From the NCBI RefSeq assembly GCF_964204645.1, contig NC_134027.1, positions 16,276,485-16,340,484 of the forward strand: a DNA stretch of 64,000 bases, written 5' to 3'. The notes under the pieces are model-generated. The model did not search any database, was not told the DNA's origin, and was given only the letters and a program-made list of their open reading frames with translations. This DNA comes from Tubulanus polymorphus. Lineage: Eukaryota > Animalia > Nemertea. Below are positions 11,084 to 23,354 of this stretch, one piece after another. The number at the start of each line of letters is the position of its first letter. The stretch's first letter is position 1. A program made the translations under genes and the position numbers.

Positions 11084-14000
11084 TCAGGAGAGTGAGCAAT
11101 TATAACAATTAGGGTTATTACATTGATGGATATCATTGTAGGCGGAGGTGAGATATGGTCTGAGTTTACGTTTTAAATTTTGTTTGCTTGTTTGTAGGAT
11201 GTCATTGGAAAAAGGTAGTTTTTGCCAGATGTTTGAAAGAATGTTTTGAGGTGAATTTTGATGCGGGGTTGGCGGTGTTTGTTTTGAAAATAAAGAATAC
11301 GCGTGGTCTAAATATATGCTTTTTCTGATGTTGACTAAAGGAGATAAGTTTTCCGCGGTGAAGTAATAAGAAAAGTAATGGGGTGAAGATTTGATGGTGT
11401 TTTGAATAAAAAGTGCAGTTTTAAGGATGAGGACATCATTGATTTTGAGGATATCAAGATTTTTAAAAAGTGGATCTGTGTGTGCAGATTACTTAGAGTT
11501 GGTGATTATTCGAACAATCTTCTTTTGGATTAGGAGGCATTTTCTATTATAAGGCGAGTGGCCCCAAGCCAACAAGCCATAGTTCAAATGAGGATAGACT
11601 AAGGTGTAGTAAAGAAAAAGTAAATTTTGTGTGTCTAGGATGTTTTTAGTTTTGTTTATGATACCAGTAATTTGTGAAATTTTCTTGTGTATTTTGTCGA
11701 TATGTGGTTTCCAGTTCAGATTTTCATGTATTGTCAAGCCGAGGAAATCTATTTGTTTTACTCTTTCAAGTTCAAAGTTGCCTATTTTGATTTGTTGTAT
11801 GTGGTTTATGAATGGTCTTCTCTGATAATTATGAAATATGATATATTTAGTTTTGTTCAGATTAGGGGTTAGTTTATTAGCGATAAGCCAGTCATTCAAT
11901 ATGTTTAGGTCATAATTAATATACTGTATGAGTGTGTTGAGGTGTGTATGAGAAGCAATGCAATTTGTATCGTCAGCGAATAATATGTACTTCATCTTTA
12001 CCGTGGAGGCATAGATATCATTGATGTAAATTAGAAAGAGAAGTGGACCTAGGATGGAACCCTGGGGTACACCGATGTTTGAGGATAGTGTAGAGGAGTT
12101 GTAGGATTTGTACGAAACGTATTGTTGACGATTAGAAAGATATGAGGAAAACCAATCTCTTGCTATTCCTCTGATGCCGTAATGTTCAAGTTTATCTAGT
12201 AGTATATCGTGGTTAAGAGTGTCAAAAGCCTTCGAAAGGTCCGGGAAAATGCCTATTGTCCATTCATGGTTATTTAGTGAGTTAGAAATTCTGTCTACGA
12301 GTTCGAGTATTGCATGTTTGGTTGAATGGCTGTGTCGGAAACCATATTGGTTAGGAAAAAGGTGTTTGTCAATGAATCGTTTATGTACAAGTTTTTCGTA
12401 GATTTTGGAAAGTGAATTTAGTAGTGAAATGGGTCGATAATTTTCGATCAGGTTTATGTCACCTATTTTATGTAAAGGTGTTATTTTAGCTATTTTAAGT
12501 AAATCGGGGAATTTGCCTGTTGAGAAGGATTGATTTAAAAGGCAAGTTAGAGGGTATGATATGTGGTTGATGATTCTCTGTAGGGTGTATGTGGAAATGT
12601 TGTCATGACCACTTGAGTGTTTTGTTTTGAGATTATTTATAGTTTCTAAGACTTCTCTTTCGCACACTGGCATGAGGAAGAAGTTAGAGTCGGATCTAGG
12701 TAAATTGTTCAGGTAGTGTTGAGATGGCATTTGAGACAAGGGAAGTTCATTTGCTAGATGTTCACCAATTTGATTGAAGTGATTGTTAAAAGAGTTGGCA
12801 ATTTTGATTGGGTCGGTAGTCTTAATGTTGTTAATTTTGAATGAGTGTGTAATGTCTTGTTTATTATTAGTTTTCCCGATTACTTCCCTCAGGATTTTCC
12901 AGGTGTCTTTTATGTTGCCGTTTGCCATTTTTAAGGATTCTTGGTAGTGAAGTTTTTTGGAAAGTCAAATGATTGAGTTAAGTTTGTTTCTGTATGTTTT
13001 GAAGTTGTGTAGTTCGATAGCACGTAGGATTTCATTTTTTATAGACATTAGGTGTATGTATTTTTTATCTTTGTTGTAGATCGATTGAATTATGTCTTTA
13101 GTTATCCATGGGCTTCTTGGTGTGTTGTATTTGTTTTGTTTCAGTTTTTTTGAAGTGGTTTCTGAATTAATTATTGTGCTTAAGGTCGCTGAAAATGATT
13201 GGAATGTTTCGTTTATTGAAAGGTTGTTGTTTAGGAGTGTTGGGAAGTCAATATCGCTGAGTTTATCACATATACAGGGCTGCCAACCTTTCAAAATTCC
13301 ATTTAGGGATGAATGGCAGATTAATTAGGAATATTGAAGGTTTCAATAGGAATATATCGAAACCGAAGAAATTGTGACTTTTCCAAGTAGGAATATTTTG
13401 CTTTCAATTAGGAATACCTTTCACGTGTAATATATGAAAGCTGGATATGAAAATATGGAATTATTAGCAAAATAAAAAATCAGCAAATTCTACAGAATGT
13501 ATTTTTTCTTTATTATTTTATGAAAGATAAAAATCAACAGTGTTTATCAAAAATATACAATAGACTAAAAAATAAGAACATAAAACTGGCATAAATTGTC
13601 AAACGAATTACATAACACTATACAGCTGTCATGCGAATATATCCATTTCCAGCATCAATTCCACGATACTGTCCAAGAGAGACTCCACGTACAGAACTGA
13701 AAGATACAAACAGTAAAAAGTCTCTAAATCTACATGCTACTCGGTGGTGCTGCCATCTGCCAAATATGCGAACTAAAAGTTTACTTTGAGATGCACTGCT
13801 CAAAAGCATCTTAAATTATCTTTTTAACTAACACAAGAGTGACAACATTAAGGTTCAAACTAGCAAAGCAATTGCTTACCGAAACATTTCAAAGAGTCCA
13901 TACGTTGAAATCTAACCCGGATCTTCGAATGCTAATCGCGCTGCGAAAACGAGCTAATTACCGCAGTAAACCGATTCTTCTCCGAAACGATGCGGAGCAA

Positions 14001-15417
14001 TTTGACAATAACAATCACATTTTGCCACATGTCATAATATTTTCACAAAAATGATTGAAAACAACGTATTTTAAAACGAATGAACTTTATTTTTATTCTT
14101 GAAACAAATTAAAAAGCTGCTCTCCTACTACGAAATAATCGTACGCCATGCGTAGATAAAATCAATAACACAGCTACTCTCATACACACACACGCACGCA
14201 CGCGCGCGCTAGTAAGCGCTGTTTATCGCCTGACCCACGTACACAGTATATAGCCACGCACTCATCCACCACGGGCGTGCATATAAATTCCCCACCCATT
14301 CAATTCTGTTCTACCAAATCATCATATTGTGTTACAACGCGCTGGCGGGTGGAAAATCGGACATCGCCGAAAAAGAAAAAAAAGTCGGAATTTTGTATAC
14401 CCGATCGTATCGTCGGAATTTCTTCACGCAAATCGGGAGGATTCCGAATAATTCGGGAGGGTTGGCAGCCCTGCATATATTGTTAAATCCTTGTTCACTG
14501 ATAAAATTTTTTGTGTATGTTTGTTTACTATTGGGTTTTTGTTTTGTTCTGTGACTACACGCAAAAGTGATAAAATGGTCCGAGAGTGGTGTTGTAAGGA
14601 TGCCCGAGTAATAGTTATGTGAGTTAGTAAATATGTTGTCAATTAGAGTGGCACTTCGGTGAGTGACTCTAGTTGGCAGGGTAATGAGTGGAGTAAATGA
14701 GTTTGTGCTAAGTAATTCGAAAAAAAGAGAGCTATAATTTTCTTGATTTGTTTTTAGCAGGTCAATATTAAAGTCTCCACAGATGAGGATATCTGTATTC
14801 AAGGGACTGAGTTTAGCGATTTCCGTTTCCAAAGCTTGTAAAAATTGATGGGTGTTTGATGCTGGGGGTTTGTAAACTATTCCAATTATTTTCTGTGCGT
14901 GATTTTCATTTTTTTTCCAAATTTTGTAGAATTTCCATTGTACATTATTATCTGTTGGATTTGAGACGAAGTTACATTCTTTGTACTGAAAGGTTTTAGA
15001 AAGGAAAAGACCTATCCCACCTCCATGGGAATTTCTAGGTTCAGAGATGAAATTATAATTTTTTAGAAGAATTTGAGGTTCGGTGATAGAGTTGAGTTTA
15101 GTTTCTTGGACTGCAATCGCGTCAAAAGATAATTTACAGTCAGAATTTAGAATGTTTAGTAAGTTTTGAAGATGGTTGAGTTTGTTCAAAAGTCCATTGC
15201 AGTTCCAGTTCAGGATTTTAAAGTCGGAGTTTTCATAAGGATGCTGTTGGTTTAAAGTTTCCAGATCATAGTAAGGGGAGCTGTTCATTTTAAGGGATTT
15301 TTCAGAGTCATCGGCATTTAGTAATGATGATAGATCAAGACTTTGATTGCTTACTCCATGGTTAGCGAGAATTTTGGATTCAAGATAATTTAGATTGTCT
15401 TGCAGAGAGGAGGTCAT
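11084..15417 (-). pseudogene. LINE ORF2p (APE endonuclease + reverse transcriptase), split by a DNA transposon and two in-frame stops
   Basis: EN motifs WNCNGL, QETK, GDFN, IDNIF, SDH; RT motifs YRPISLL, DLSKAFD, GVPQGSILGP, FADD. In-frame stops at 12965 and 11489; C-terminal CNNPNCYNC before the stop at 11084. Confidence 0.88.
13275..14473. mobile_element. Non-autonomous DNA transposon with CAGGG TIRs and 6-bp TSD (hAT-like)
   Basis: TIR cagggctgccaacc / ggttggcagccctg; CATATA duplicated at 13269-13274 and 14474-14479; excision restores LINE frame GFNNIC|DKLSDIDF. Confidence 0.9.
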
Positions 15418-15755
15418 TACAAAGAAAGACAGTTAACACAAACGTACTAGTAATTAGCAGTAGATGGCGAGCTCGACTCATTGATGAATTAGTGTAATAA
15501 TTAGGGGGTGACACATGAGTAGAATTGATAGAATAATAGTTGTTGTAGGTTGTTGATAGAGTAATTAAAAGCTGATAGTTAGTGTATGGTTTTAGTATTA
15601 AGGCATAGGGAAGAGACACAAGTTAGGTGAAAGATGGAGGATATGAAAATAGAATATAAGTAAATCACGAATATCAAACCATTATATCCATGTCCAAGTT
15701 CAATACTGATCAGTCCATAAATCGTTGTTTGTCCATTAGTCCCGAGTATTAGCGA

Positions 15756-16541
15756 TTAAGTAGGTTCATAAGTAGAGATTTTAAGTCTTTCATATTCATG
15801 TTGTTTTCTGATCTTTGGACGTTTCTTGGTCGGCGAAGAGAGCGGATTTAGAGCAGATTTCCAGGCTAATGCTACCTTGTAAATCGAGTCCTTATTCACG
15901 TGTTTGTTGTCGTAGAGTTCATCACGAGAAATACGATGTTTCACAAAATGAACATTATTTGTCTTACTATAGTTTTCCAATCGTTGATTCATAGCATCAA
16001 TTTCCTGATCGGTTTTGTCCTTTCGAGGAAGGAGCGACGCAATTTTCACTTTGGCGTTTGGCCACGTTTTTTTAACGGTCTCGATGGATTTCTTCATCTC
16101 TTGGAGAACTTTTGCATCTGTTTTTGTGTCCCAATCGTTTGTACCGCAGTTGATGAGTACGGAATCAGGGCTGCACGATTTTTCGTTATTCCTTGTCGTA
16201 ATCACATCCTTAACGTCCGAAAGTGTAGAGCATGGATATACGATCGTTTTTCTGTTTTCCCCGGCTAATCCAGCTGGTGAAACAAATTTACGATTGCTGT
16301 CGGCAATGACGATACCAGTAACTTTGCGAGGTTCAGTAGATGCTAATGATGGTGGATTCTCGGATATTTTCTCTTCTTTAGTTATTTTTTCCTTTTCTTT
16401 TTCTTCGAGAAGAGTTAATCTTGCGACTAGATTATCAATTATTGATTCCAGTTTTTCAATTCGGTTTGATAATTTTAGGTTGATTTCATGGAGATCTTCC
16501 GTAGCCATAATTGTGAATGTATGTACGTAGGTTGAGTTCAA
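15756..16541 (-). CDS. LINE ORF1p: N-terminal coiled coil plus SGNH/GDSL esterase-like domain
   Basis: Intact 261-aa ORF with IADSN, INCGTND, SLLPR and DNKH motifs typical of the esterase ORF1 of CR1/L2-group LINEs. Confidence 0.85.
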   Translation of the reverse strand: MNSTYVHTFTIMATEDLHEINLKLSNRIEKLESIIDNLVARLTLLEEKEKEKITKEEKISENPPSLASTEPRKVTGIVIADSNRKFVSPAGLAGENRKTIVYPCSTLSDVKDVITTRNNEKSCSPDSVLINCGTNDWDTKTDAKVLQEMKKSIETVKKTWPNAKVKIASLLPRKDKTDQEIDAMNQRLENYSKTNNVHFVKHRISRDELYDNKHVNKDSIYKVALAWKSALNPLSSPTKKRPKIRKQHEYERLKISTYEPT

Positions 16542-16668
16542 GAGCTGCGCGCGTGTACGTGTTACTCGGTCGAGGTCATCTATCTATCTCATGACGCTGT
16601 AGTAAGTAGTCATCAGGGATGTGTACGAACCTACCTTACGATGCGAAAATTATTCTTTTTTCCTAATA

Positions 16669-17246
16669 CCGTAAAAACCGGCGTATAAGTCGAGTTTTTA
16701 ATCCTTGATTTTACCACTAAATTATTGACCTCGAATTATACGCCGAGTACAGTTTTCTACTAAGTATTTTCAGGTCACAAGAAATATTGATTCTGCCAGA
16801 CAAAAAAGACAGTGTTCATCTTCTCACTGCTATAACAGTTTAAATAATTATTCATGATAAATAAAGTTATTTAATGAAAAAAACTTCTTTCATTTTGACA
16901 CAGCTTCATTTAAAACGATGTATTCATATATGCGCGCTCATAGCAGCGCTTAATACATTAGGCTATATATAGCGTGTGACTCAAACTACTGTTTTACTGT
17001 ATGGTAGTGTATTATACCAGAGTGTGTGTGTAACGGTCTATTGATTAACACACAGCAGCAATCAGGCTGACGCGCGGCGGTGTGGGTGAAGGCGCACATC
17101 ATTATCAAAACAAACTATACAAGTAATTATTCTTCTAAGAGAAGGGACTTGACTTATAAGCCGGATATATGTTAAAATCATGAAATGTAGGTCTAAAAAT
17201 CGACCTGACTTATACGCCGCGTAGACTTATACGCCGGTTTTTACGG
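16669..17246. mobile_element. Tc1/mariner (Tc2-like) MITE, copy 1
   Basis: TA|ccgtaaaaaccggcgtataagtc ... gacttatacgccggtttttacgg|TA; excision restores integrase FFPN-MFERIVAYLQSCSRC. Confidence 0.92.
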
Positions 17247-18659
17247 TATGTTCGAAAGAATTGTGGCTTATTTACAGTCATGTAGTCGCTGTCAAGAGCA
17301 TAAAGACGAACAAGTTACGACCATATCATGAACGTATACCAACAGTTTACGCTCCATTTCATACTATCTCCCTAGACTTTAAACAGATGGTTAAATCAAA
17401 AATGGGATACCAGTATTTGATGGTTGTTTCTTGTGCTATAACAAGATACACCGTTTGTGTACCACTTAAAACAGTGGACGCTCCTGTAATTGCAGAAGCA
17501 TTAATACAGCGTGTTTTCAGTAGATTTGGAATCCCGGAGGTCATTGTTCATGACGCTCAGTCATCTCTAATCGGGAAAGTCATGGAAATAATGTGTAAAG
17601 CTCTTGGTATAAGTTAACAAGAAAATTAACTTTAATAAATTATTTGACGCCTGCGAAAAAATGTAGAATTTCTGGGATAAGCTAATGTGGAATTGCAAAT
17701 TTGAAATCGAAGTTTTAAGAAATTTGGGGAATTATGAGATTTGGCGATTGGGTAGATGATACAGTCTTCGACTGGTCTAATTAAAACAAATTATCAACTT
17801 ATGACCGACTACGATTCACTTTTGCCTCTAAGCTGGTCTGCAACTTCATTGCCTCCATGGTTGAAGAAAGAGCTCTTCTGATGTCTGCTTCATCATGACT
17901 TCGAGCATATCGTGTAGCCAACCAGCCCGGTCTACCGGGATCCGGTTTGGCTGTCACTCGATATCGTACACTTGAGTCTGGGTTGAAGTAGACATTGTCA
18001 TTTAAATAACTTATTCATGTTATTCTGTATGAATTACCCGTGTGTCTTGTATTTTGTATTTTCTTATTTTAAAATTTGTAACTTTATTGAATTTGGGAAT
18101 TTTATCCCGGAATTTCAATGTAATAAGGATCAATAAAGTATTGAATTGAATTGTCACAATACGTCTTCTCATGATATTCAATGCAATATAACATTTCGAT
18201 GTTCAAATAGAGGTCATTATATAATCACAGGGAGCCATTCTACATCTTTATCAATAATATTTTGCCAAATAGCTTTTATGTGTACACATAAACCTGTGAG
18301 GTTTTGCACATCGATTTACGGTTGTCGTTTGTAAAATGATGCTGAATGGTTAACATTGTTTAGCTTTCATAATGGTAACGTTTTATAAGGCGTCAAAAAA
18401 CATATCACGAAATATATTTTTGAGATATTGGTTCAATTCACCCATTGGTAGTAAATAACAGGCTACTGAAATTGCATTGGAGTGTGCTAAAAATAGCTTT
18501 GAGCGTAGTGTCTTAAGCATATGAATGATTATCGATCAGCCAGACCGTGGACATTATGATTGAAAATATAGCTGCAAAGCAGCGATAACGGGTTTTCTGC
18601 ACAGTCTTTGAATCCTGTTCAATGGTTAATACAGTTTTATAAGAGGAAGCTCGACAAAG

Positions 18660-18900
18660 AGTCAATTAGACCTTCTTGAAACCATGGACAACTGGACTTG
18701 ATGTCCTATTTGACTCTGGAAAATCGACTGTTAGGCGATAAATACTCTTTATGATTTCGACAAAACATTTGATAAGGTACAACATCAGCCATTACTAAAC
18801 AAGGCTATTAGGAAACAGTATCAATGATAGGTTGCCGAAATGGCTCAGCATTATCTATGAACGAAAACTTGTAGCCGAAATCAACGGAACGCCTCATCTT
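18660..18900 (+). pseudogene. Highly decayed CR1-type RT fragment
   Basis: gatttcgacaaaacatttgataaggtacaacat reads DFDKTFDKVQH, similar to the DFxKAFDKVPH motif. Confidence 0.45.
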
Positions 18901-19741
18901 GGAATAATTCAGTAGAACACGTGCGTTTCCTTGTCACTGGCATTGCTGACAGTCACAACCTGTCGCAAGGGAGCGTAGGTCGATGAGTCGTTCCGACACA
19001 ATCGTCGCTGGCGGTCGCAGTAAATGGCCTCACAAGCCGTCGCAAGGCCGACCTACCCCCGACATAAGTCATAGGAATTAAAGAAATACCAGTTTCATTT
19101 ATGATGAAAAAACTCAAATGAAAAGTCTGGCTTATAAAGCTGTCTGCTCAGACGAAATTTTCAAAGAAATTTTTATTTTTGTCAATAAAATTGATAATTG
19201 TGATTGATCGTTGCAAGTCAGAACCACTTAATCACTAATTAACATGCACTTTAATAAATCTGATTTCTCCTTTACAGTGAACTTAAGTTTAACCTAGTAG
19301 AGGCTACTAGCCTATGAAGGCCTATGTATATGTGTGGGCCTAACATTCGGACAGATTGGTCGTAGCCCTATTGAATAACAACCCTCCTTAATGTCGAAAA
19401 TTTTGTTTTGAAGTTCAATCCAATGAGTCCGTTAATAAACGCAACAATTATACTGTGTTTGTTTGAGACAGTAAAGCTCAATACCGGTAGGCCTAAAGCC
19501 GCCTGAAACTCGATAAACACTTCAAGCGACACAGCAAACGATCTCCTTTCCACCACAGCGAACGCTTACTCCAAATGTCAAGTATGAGTCCAGCATACGG
19601 AAAGGAGTGTATTATATACTTGTATTTAGTAAATACCTTGTGCAATTGACAATGATCGGTATGTACTGTAAGAAATATAGAGTATTGATGGTATTGATAT
19701 AGAGGTTGAAGCCCGCGGTCGAATATAGTAATATATTCTTT

Positions 19742-20139
19742 CAGGGACGCTGAAAATGCACGACATGAAAATGACTGTAACGGAATATTCCTACAATGAA
19801 AACATGGGAATAATCCACTATTAGAAAATACTAGAAATGGCACAATCTGATAAAACAAGAACTGGAGAATGTAGGAACGTACACACTGGATTATAAAATA
19901 ATAATCCAATAGTGGAATATACAAGAAATACCCCTTACTGGAAAATACAGGAAATTGAAAATGTAGGAATTTCCTGAATATTCCAAATCCTGCAAAGTGT
20001 GATGCATGTTTTTCCGGCATTTTCCAGTTCTTGTACTTTCCAGTTCTTGTTCATTATTGATATGCACATTCTTGTATTTTCATGTCATGCTTTCTCTAGT
20101 TCTTGTATTTTCATGTTGTTCATTTTCAGCATCCTACTG
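19742..20139. mobile_element. Probable MITE/foldback element with internal ggaaaatacaagaa-type repeats
   Basis: Imperfect TIR gctgaaaatgcacgacatgaaaat / attttcatgttgttcattttcagc. A ~70-bp segment (19672-19740) recurs at 20468-20538. Confidence 0.55.
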
Positions 20140-21232
20140 TCTATCGCTGAATGTGCACAACATGAAAATACAAGAATCCATTAATGATCTTTATATAGAA
20201 ATTTCGGGATTTCATCCAGTTTTCAATAAATAATTAATGACAAATGGCCTATAAACATTTGCGAAAGCAAAGATCATCCACGAAATTATTTTCTTTCTAA
20301 TGTTGATAATTCATCAGTTCATCATTATAATGTCTATTTAGATTATAAGTACCAAATGTAAGCAAAGCTGAAAATTTGATATATATATTCCATGTATTGG
20401 CATTGTATATACAATTTTACAGGTTTAGTGTAGTGTTATTAGGGGAAGAATTATTAGCATCTAAACAGGAAATATAGAGTATTGATGGTATTTATATAGA
20501 GGTTGAAGCCCGCGGCCGAATAAAGTAATATATTCTTTTATTTTGATACCTCGTCGACATAACAGCTTTTCTCCGCTATATCTCTTCGGCGTGTTTGGTT
20601 TAGGCCTACGACTCCCCGGTACACTTATGATTTATCTTAGTAAATACACGGTTAATTTGGTAAAGAAAAATAGGTATTGCTAAATTAACTGCTTCACGCC
20701 CGCAGCAAATCACTGGTAGTAATAAATTAATTTGTACTCGATTTGATTCTCAGGATGAGGAGAAATTCGCAGCTGATCCTCGGAACGACGATGTAGTGAC
20801 ACACGTCGATTTGTCGATGTTTACGGCTCGACAGTGCTTTTAAAATCTAAAGTAGTAAATTTCCTGTGTATCGGTAATGTAATTTGATGAGGAAAATGGG
20901 TTATTGTTAAAATTAGTTTTTAAAAACCGCGACAGAATGTGCAATATTTCGGTAATAAATTTGTTAATTTATGCTTGAATTGATAATCGATGTGACAAGA
21001 AACGTGCAGTAGATTTCGGAAAGACGACTCAGAAAAACATGTCGGCTCTTTGAATGGGGCTCAATTTTCGATGTTAATTACGGCCCGACAGTGCTTTTGT
21101 AACGTAGATTCTTCAAAATTCGTACGGAGTATTTGTAGATCGAAGTGAGCTGAATGATATCAGATGGATTGTATCGGCAACAGCGGTAATGTAAAAAAGC
21201 CTATGTACTTTTGACAAAAAAAGTGTGGAAAA

Positions 21233-21233
21233 A

Positions 21234-21265
<32 letters not shown>

Positions 21266-21318
21266 GAAACACGCGAATCTCAATAGGGTTTTCTGTGATG
21301 TAACAGAAAACCCTAATT
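21233..21318 (+). repeat. (AAT)n microsatellite followed by a 3' stem-loop (HINE-like terminus of another family)
   Basis: About 10 AAT units, then tagggttttctgt-gatgta-acagaaaacccta hairpin. Confidence 0.7.
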
Positions 21319-21828
21319 ATTTAGGAATTCAAGAATTAGATTCTGTTTAAATAAAACAGAACAAAAGAAGGCATAACCAGTTTCGGTCAGCATTGCTTCT
21401 CATGCACAACATGTGGTCTGCTGTAAACAGCAGTGATTTGTGACGTCATTTGATGCTCTCAACAGCACAGTTACTAAGTTAAAAACAAAGCTCTCTACTT
21501 ATGTACTTGATTATCTATATAAACATAATTAGAAACACTAGTACAGCAGTGAACTGAATAAATTGTGCCTGGAGTGTGTGAAGCAACAGTCAGTCACTGC
21601 GGCAGTGAATAAAATGAGTCACTGTGGACCACTTAACTTTCCCAGGACTTTACTGAACAACACACAGTGAAATGTAGTGCGCTCCTAATTTTTATATAGG
21701 CTTTAAAACCAAATTATTTGGTAAAATTTCGATTAGAAATGTTTCGCTAAGTTATCAGTATTGTATTAAACTGTGAAATTTGAAAAATGTGCCAATGACC
21801 ATTAAACAAAGACATATGTAAGAAGTAC

Positions 21829-21952
21829 CTGCTTCTCTGATAATTCTTTCTGAAAGATTTCACATTTAAACTTGATCTCCTGAGATGAATTCTGAAAGTG
21901 TTCAACTTCATCAAGATGTTCTTTTTCTACTCTTTCTCGCTGCTCCTTCAGT
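21829..21952 (-). CDS. ERC1: ERC/ELKS/CAST-family protein, internal coding exon (third in window)
   Basis: Acceptor tttttatgtccag, donor GTACTT; 124 bp, phase 2/0, completing the split AG|A Arg codon. Encodes LKEQRERVEKEHLDEVEHFQNSSQEIKFKCEIFQKELSEKQ; compare ERC1 LKEQRDRDEREKQEEID...LQGDLSEKE. Confidence 0.9.
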
Positions 21953-22451
21953 CTGGACATAAAAACAAAGATAATTTGTTACTACTAACTACAAGTGAAA
22001 TTAGTATATAATTTACCGAACGTATAACATAATGTAGACACATGACAAAAGAGGTAAAGTAAAAGGGACAGAGGTGGGAGGGGTAAGGCTATTTTGGGTG
22101 TTTTCCACTTCACTGTCAGATCTGCTCTGTTTAGGAAATACCCTGAAGCAGCTTTTTTGCTTGATGGTTCTTTTCCACTTTTCACCCAAAAATGTTTGAT
22201 TAAATTTAAGGCCTCTCAGATTTGACTACTAACAGCTTATGAACGTAATTTTCAATTTTGAGAGAAATATAACTTTCAATCTGACTGTTTCGAATTTGCG
22301 TATAGTAATTCATTATGAATTAATCCCAAGTAATTACCCGGTCTAAGCAGCGATAAGAATGTCGCAAAGAATCGTCATCCATTGATAAAAGTAGACCCTG
22401 AAAAGCTTACAAATTACCAGACGACCTTGAGCGTCAAACACAACCAAGATA

Positions 22452-22780
22452 AAATTGGGCAAAGTGTGGTTTACCTTGAAAGCTAGAGGTTGTTTGGAGT
22501 AAGGGCATTGCTTGAAAAATCTTTTTAATTCGTGACTTCAAAGTTCTAGAAGTTTATATTGTATTTCATCTTTCTTAAAGAATTATTTTGTATTCAAATA
22601 TGATCAAAGATAAACATTTGTTTATGGTCTACATCCAAAATTACGTAGGGTACAGGTAGGCGTGGCAGGTAAACTATTTTATATTTAAAAAAAATATTTT
22701 CACAATATGAAAAAATATTCAAATAAAATTCATATGATGTCACATATCAGAGGGTGGCAGAATATTGAGTCTTGGATATT
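22452..22780 (+). repeat. Dispersed repeat; uninterrupted copy of the sequence that hosts the piggyBac at 59172
   Basis: atctttcTTAAagaattattttgta at 22568-22592 matches both flanks of the piggyBac. Confidence 0.85.
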
Positions 22781-23354
22781 GAGTGTTGTGTCGCACTGCC
22801 ACAAGCAGCGCCACTATATGGTGTGTAGGAAAACAAAAGTTATGGCATATTCTAAAGAAAGACATAATGACTGAGAAGATGAAATGGGAGACAGACATTC
22901 AACTTTCTACCGGACAATGTTGTGTCCGGCCACTTATTTCAAGGCTCATTAAAGACCACGATTTTGACTTGTACTAACATGAATGTTTCATTCATGGGAA
23001 ATATTCTGGAAGTAACAAAAATGGTCGAATTGAATAATCGAAAACGAAGTTAACTTCTATGCTTTTATGAATATATATTTCCTTCCATAGTTTGCGGGTT
23101 AATGGAGGATAGATTTTATGCCTCGAATGTGCTGAAAGATTGCATCTCAGAGCCTTCAAAATTCAGAATTTTCTGGGGAGTGCCCCCAGATGCCCCATAT
23201 TTGGCTATGGTATAGGTGACTTTCCGGTTCAGCAGTACTCAGAAACCTATTTGCCCTGGGGGGGGTGAAATATCTGGATCTGTCCATAGACCAAAGATAA
23301 CCTCAGTGACATTATATTTTCTACAGACGAATTACTCAAATATGAGCTCTCAGA

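Larger units (their letters stand above)
10791..16574 (-). mobile_element. Full-length CR1-group LINE (ORF1 esterase, ORF2 APE-RT) inserted into the Gypsy integrase
   Basis: Removing it rejoins Gypsy EKFIDS|VIYLSHDAVVSSHQG. 3' end aataaa plus (ttgaac)n tail at ~10798-10823; ORF1 and ORF2 in the standard order. Confidence 0.9.
7324..17617 (+). mobile_element. Decayed Gypsy LTR retrotransposon internal region (gag zinc knuckle, protease, RT, RNase H, integrase), interrupted by nested insertions
   Basis: CCHC knuckle CTFCFKKGHVWKKC (~7408); protease LFDSGAT (~7733); RT 8043-9362 (DFRHLN, DLKSAF, LPMGL); RNase H AYHSK...ELE; integrase H-H-CxxC split across 10790/16575/17249; core LDFK...VHD. No LTRs identified. 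Confidence 0.9.

Noticed and set aside
5625-18157. Repeats at 5625-5870 and 17738-18157 as LTRs of the Gypsy element
   Set aside because: No TG...CA ends, PBS or PPT; they end in aataaa plus (attga)n like non-LTR tails, and the integrase is truncated before the second copy.
19493-20020. 175-aa ORF and similar ORFs such as 29960-30448, 53765-54415 and 16015-16530
   Set aside because: They are low-complexity or antisense shadows of repeats and TE ORFs with no recognisable domains.
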